Under the pieces are notes generated by a model. It saw nothing but the letters and a program-made list of their open reading frames with translations, searched no databases and was not told where the DNA came from. Of a DNA stretch of 64,000 nt, positions 59,758 to 64,000 are shown one piece after another; the first letter of the stretch is position 1, and every line of letters starts with the position of its first letter. A program made the position numbers and the translations under genes. The DNA is taken from NCBI GenBank assembly GCA_951406725.2, contig OX597825.1, forward strand, positions 66,650,001-66,714,000, read 5' to 3'. This DNA is from Octopus vulgaris (lineage: Eukaryota).

Positions 59758-59996
59758 CGAGAAGAAAATGGATGTAATATCAAGGGGAGACTCGTCGTTT
59801 TCGCTGGTATGCCTTTAATTTAACTAGATAACAAAGAAGAAGGAGGCAATGATAAAGTTAAAACTAGTCGATCGAAACGATCGTAAATGTTACTTTTATC
59901 ATTGCCTCCTTCTTCTTTGTTATCTAATTAAATTAAAGGCATACCAGCGAAAACGACGAGTCTCCCCTTGCTATTACATTCATTTTCTTGTATATA
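59753..59996. repeat. Inverted repeat next to (TA)n with the 3' half of an HHR at its centre
   Basis: Arms about 59753-59858 / 59892-59996; spacer has GAAA CGATCG TA (59874-59885). Confidence 0.8.
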
Positions 59997-60122
59997 AGGT
60001 AAACGACAGTCTACCAACCGGACGACCTGCTACCGTACAACATTACAAAAGACTGTACCTACCCAGGTAATAACCAGGAGCGACTTTGGATTTAATTATT
60101 CCTTAGATGTATTAAACTTTTA

Positions 60123-60544
60123 AGGCGACGAGCTGGCAGAAACGTTAGCATGCCGGGCGAAATGCTTAGCGGTATTTCGTTTGCCGTTACGTTGTGAGTT
60201 CAAATTCCGCCGAGGTGGACTTTGCCTTTCATCCTTTCGGGGTCGATAAATTAAGTACCAGTTACGCACTGGGGTCGATGTAATCGACTTAATACCTAAG
60301 TCTGTCATTGTTTGTCCCCTCTGTGTTTAGCCCCTTGTGGGTAATAAAGAAATAGGTATTTCGTCTGCCGCTACGTTGTGAGTTCAAATTCCGCCGAGGT
60401 CGACTTTGCCTTTCATCCTTTCGGGGTCGATAAATAAAGCACCATGTACGTACTGTGGTTGATGTAATCGACTTAATCCGTTTGTCTTGTTTGTCCTTGT
60501 TTGTCCCCTCTGTATTTAGCCCCTTGTGTGTAGTAAAGAAATAG
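60123..60544 (+). mobile_element. SINE family A tandem dimer
   Basis: Two bodies inside one 10-bp TSD gtattaaact (60109-60118 / 60545-60554). Confidence 0.88.
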
Positions 60545-60575
60545 GTATTAAACTCCTCTAACTGATACCTACACA

Positions 60576-60622
<47 letters not shown>

Positions 60623-61054
60623 CACACACGCGCGCGTATACATGCACGTATATACCGGGTATGCTCAATAAATGGCTACACCCATTAAATGATTATAAAC
60701 TCAGTGTCTATTAAAATACAAAAATACATTTCCTTCTAAAAATCTTATATAATCTACAGACAGAATTCAAGATATTTTGGGAGTGCCTGTTTTCAAGCTG
60801 ATGACCGTTTGGTTGTTGACACTGCTGATAAAGCGAAGGAATGAAATCTCAAACACCAAGAAACATTTCTCTTGATTGTTCTGTGCATTCTTCTTCGTTC
60901 GTTGCCCTTAATTCGTCAAAAGAGAAAAGTACACTTAATGTTTATCGTTATATTTCGGGACATACATATATATTCATTCTTCACAGTTCTATGTATATAC
61001 ATTATTTATATTATTTACATTTGACGGATATTTGTCCTCATCTTGTTTGTTGTT

Positions 61055-61101
61055 AACACAACGTTTCGGCTGACATATCCCTCCAACCTTCATCAGTTGT
61101 C
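61055..61101 (-). ncRNA. Minimal type I hammerhead motif
   Basis: Reverse complement reads GACAA-CUGAUGA-A-GGUUG...CAGCC-GAAA-CG-UU|-GUGUU. Confidence 0.68.
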
Positions 61102-61149
61102 TTGGGGGAAATTTCGACCCTGGGTTCTCATTCATAAGGTATTTTTCAA

Positions 61150-61201
<52 letters not shown>

Positions 61202-61208
<7 letters not shown>

Positions 61209-61375
61209 CCACTGTCAGGAATCGAACTCAGAATCTTGGGGTTAGTAGCCCGCGCTCTTAACCACTACGCCATATGCCCTTGGGTTTTACATTTGACGGA
61301 CTTATGGCGTAGTGGTTAAGAGCGCGGGCTACTAGCCCTAAGATTCCGAGTTCGATTCCTGGCAGTGACCTGAAT
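61202..61375. mobile_element. Divergent pair of tRNA-like (Pol III) heads
   Basis: 61202-61274 (-) and 61303-61375 (+): TGGCGTAGTGG A box, anticodon-like arm GGG CT ACT AR CCC, GTTCGATTCC B box. No proper acceptor stem, so not functional tRNA genes. Confidence 0.75.
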
Positions 61376-61427
61376 AATAATAATAATGATAATGATGATA
61401 TTAATAATAATAATAATAATAATAATA

Positions 61428-62168
61428 AAAATCTGAAACAGAAGGGTTTATCATAGCAGCTCAAGATCAATGCCTACCTACAAGAAACTACCAGGCCAAC
61501 ATACTAAAGAACGGCAGTAGCCCAACATGTCGTGTATGTCAACAACAAAATGAAACCATTGATCATGTTGTCTCCAAGTGCAGTCTTCTTGCGCCTACAG
61601 AGTATCTCAAGAGGCATGATAGAGCTGCACAATATATTCACTGGGTAATTTGCAAAAGCCTGGACTTGCCCCATGATAAAAACTGGTGGGAACACAAACC
61701 ACCTCCAGTGCTTGAAAATGACCACATCTCACTCCTCTGGAACTTCACTATTCAAACTGACAGAAAGATAGACGCGAATAGGCCAGACATCATAGTAAAA
61801 GACTTCAGACAAAAAACATACCTCCTCATTGATATGACTGTCCCAAACGATATAAATGTATCTGTCAAGATCTACTAGAAACTAAACAAATATAAAGATC
61901 TGGAAATAGAAATCAGCAAAATGTGGAACCTGAAGACTAAAACAATACCTGTTGTCATAGGTGCCATGGGAATGATAGCAAAAGCAGGAAACCCCAAAAT
62001 GGCAGAAATTCATGAGATAGTGCTCATGGGAACTGCTTATATCCTACGCAAAATACTGTCTTTGTAATCTCAAGTTTTAAAACAAACATAATTTTCGTAT
62101 GTTTTTTTTTAGGCATTCACTAGTACAACACTAAGTACAAAACCAAATATATAGCACTCTAGGCATAA
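61428..62168 (+). mobile_element. 5'-truncated R4/Dong-clade non-LTR retrotransposon
   Basis: SETEGFIIAAQDQ, CRVC...ETIDHVVSKC (CCHC), RHD, NRPDIIVKD...LIDMTVP, KYKDL, PVVIGAMG (restriction-like endonuclease). Begins in an (AAT)n tract, the known Dong target. Confidence 0.92.
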
Positions 62169-62171
62169 CAA

Positions 62172-62204
<33 letters not shown>

Positions 62205-62254
62205 TGTTGAAAAACTATCTTAGGAATGAGAATCCAGGTTCGAAATTTCCCCAA

Positions 62255-62300
62255 GACACCTGATGAAGGCTGGAGGGTATATCAACCGAAACGTTGTGTT
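62255..62300 (+). ncRNA. Minimal type I hammerhead motif
   Basis: GACAC-CUGAUGA-A-GGCUG...CAACC-GAAA-CG-UU|-GUGUU. Confidence 0.7.
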
Positions 62301-62712
62301 AGCAACAAAAAAGATGGGGGACAAATATCCGTCAAATGTAAATAATGTAAATAATATTCATTCTTCACTTTAGCTTTATTACTGTCTTCATTTTATTGTC
62401 TTTTATCTTAAATCTTTCGTCGCACATACTGTGACCTCTTGAGCGACTCTCAATCCCACGTGTCTCCTGTGATAAGCCTTTCCTACATATAGCTCCTGGT
62501 ATATTAATACACGCACACATTTTATAAACTTCGAGAGAATGTGAAATAATTCATCTATAGAATGGTGGATCTGGAAGCATATAACACCATAATTAACATC
62601 GGTTACAAAACTATTTGGGTAGAGAAGACTAGGGCTGGCTGTTGAGCTCGAATCCACGCATCGTCTACACATGACATTAGACTAAACCAATTCATACCAG
62701 AAATTTTATTCT

Positions 62713-63166
62713 TGTATGTATGTATGTATGTATGTATGTATGTATGTATGTATGTATGTATGTATGTATGTATGTATGTATGTATGTATGTATGTATGCA
62801 TGCACGTATATATATATATATATATTTATGTATGTATGCACGTATATATATATGTATGTATTTATGTATGTATGTATGTATGTATGTATGTATGTATGTA
62901 TGTATGTATGTATGTATGTATGTATGCACGTATATATATATGTATGTATTTATGTATGTATGTATGTATGTATGTATGTATGTATGTATGTATGTATGTA
63001 TGTATGTATGTATGTATGTATGTGTGTGTGTATGTATGTATGTACGTATGTATGTATGTATGTGTGTATGTATGGATGTATGTATGTGTGTATGTATGGA
63101 TGTGTGTATGTATGTATATATGTATGTATGTATGTACGTATGTATGTATGTGTGTATGCATGTATG

Positions 63167-63200
<34 letters not shown>

Positions 63201-63400
63201 TGTATATATGTATGTATGTATATATGTATGTATGTATGTGTGTATGTATGGATGTGTGTACGTATGTATATATGTATGTATGTATGCATGCATGCATGTA
63301 TGTATGTATGTATGGATGGATAGATATATGTATGTGTGTGTATGTATGTGTGTGTATGTATGTATGTATGTATGTATGTATGTATGTATGTATGTGTGTA
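62713..63400. repeat. (TATG)n microsatellite
   Basis: Direct inspection; similar tracts at 1777-1970 and 44930-45033. Confidence 0.95.
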
Positions 63401-64000
63401 TGCGTACATGGCCAACAGTCTGCAAGTATTTTGTCTGGATTTGGTACAGTCTTATTACATGTTAATACGTGGATAAGAACTTGTATTAATGAGTGTGAGC
63501 ATATGTGTGTATATTTGTGTGTGTGCGTGATTTGTATTTCTGCGTAAGCATGTGTATATATGTGTGTGTATGTTTATGCATGCATATGCACGTATGTATT
63601 CATTAAAAGTCAACAAATCAGACACCTCAGTTTATGATTCAAGGGAAATAATTTTTTCCTAACTATTATAGAATTACCTCCCTTAACATGATATTGCCGG
63701 TGTTTCAACAAATCATCTATGAAGACAAAAAGCTTCGAAAAGTTGTAGAGAAGTTGAAAAGTAATGAATAGTTGCCATTTCCTAGGATTATAAATTTCTT
63801 TTGTTGGAGCTCTTTATTCAACAACTAGTTTCTGGTAAAAGATTCTCCTGCAGCAAGCACATATTTGGCTTGGTTTTTCAGCATTCTGTTTGTTTGAATT
63901 GAGACTATTTTTATGAGATATTTGCTTGCAAATCCTGTCCATTTGATGACGATTATCATTTGGCACCTGAATATTCAGACTGAAAGCTGGCTCGTGTGCT

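Noticed and set aside
61303-61375. Apparent tRNA-Ser(ACT) gene
   Set aside because: No proper acceptor stem or long variable arm; it is the head of a repeat element.
62403-62672. 89-aa ORF with a faint zinc-finger-like ICRKGLSQ in another frame
   Set aside because: No complete C2H2 motif or splice support.

Overview
AT-rich, microsatellite-dense eukaryotic DNA; the SINE families and repeat landscape strongly suggest an Octopus (coleoid cephalopod) genome (inference). The only host gene I can support is the 3' half of an SLC22/organic-cation-transporter-like MFS gene on the + strand: six in-phase GT-AG exons at 2171-23455, about 326 aa visible. The rest is repeats: tRNA-derived SINEs, decayed mariner transposons, fragments of L1/Tx1, RTE, CR1 and R4/Dong-type LINEs, Helitron/Helentron-like elements and Penelope-like (PLE) remnants. 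The most striking hidden signal is a dense set of type-I hammerhead ribozyme (HHR) motifs from several unrelated families: about 11 near-intact copies plus several decayed or half copies. They sit in inverted or tandem repeat elements, mostly inserted in or beside (TA)n or (AAT)n tracts. One family joins a tRNA-like Pol III head to a minimal hammerhead, and several sense-strand ribozymes lie inside the SLC22 introns. Nearly all ORFs in the supplied track are microsatellite artefacts. Element boundaries without a stated TSD or TIR are approximate.
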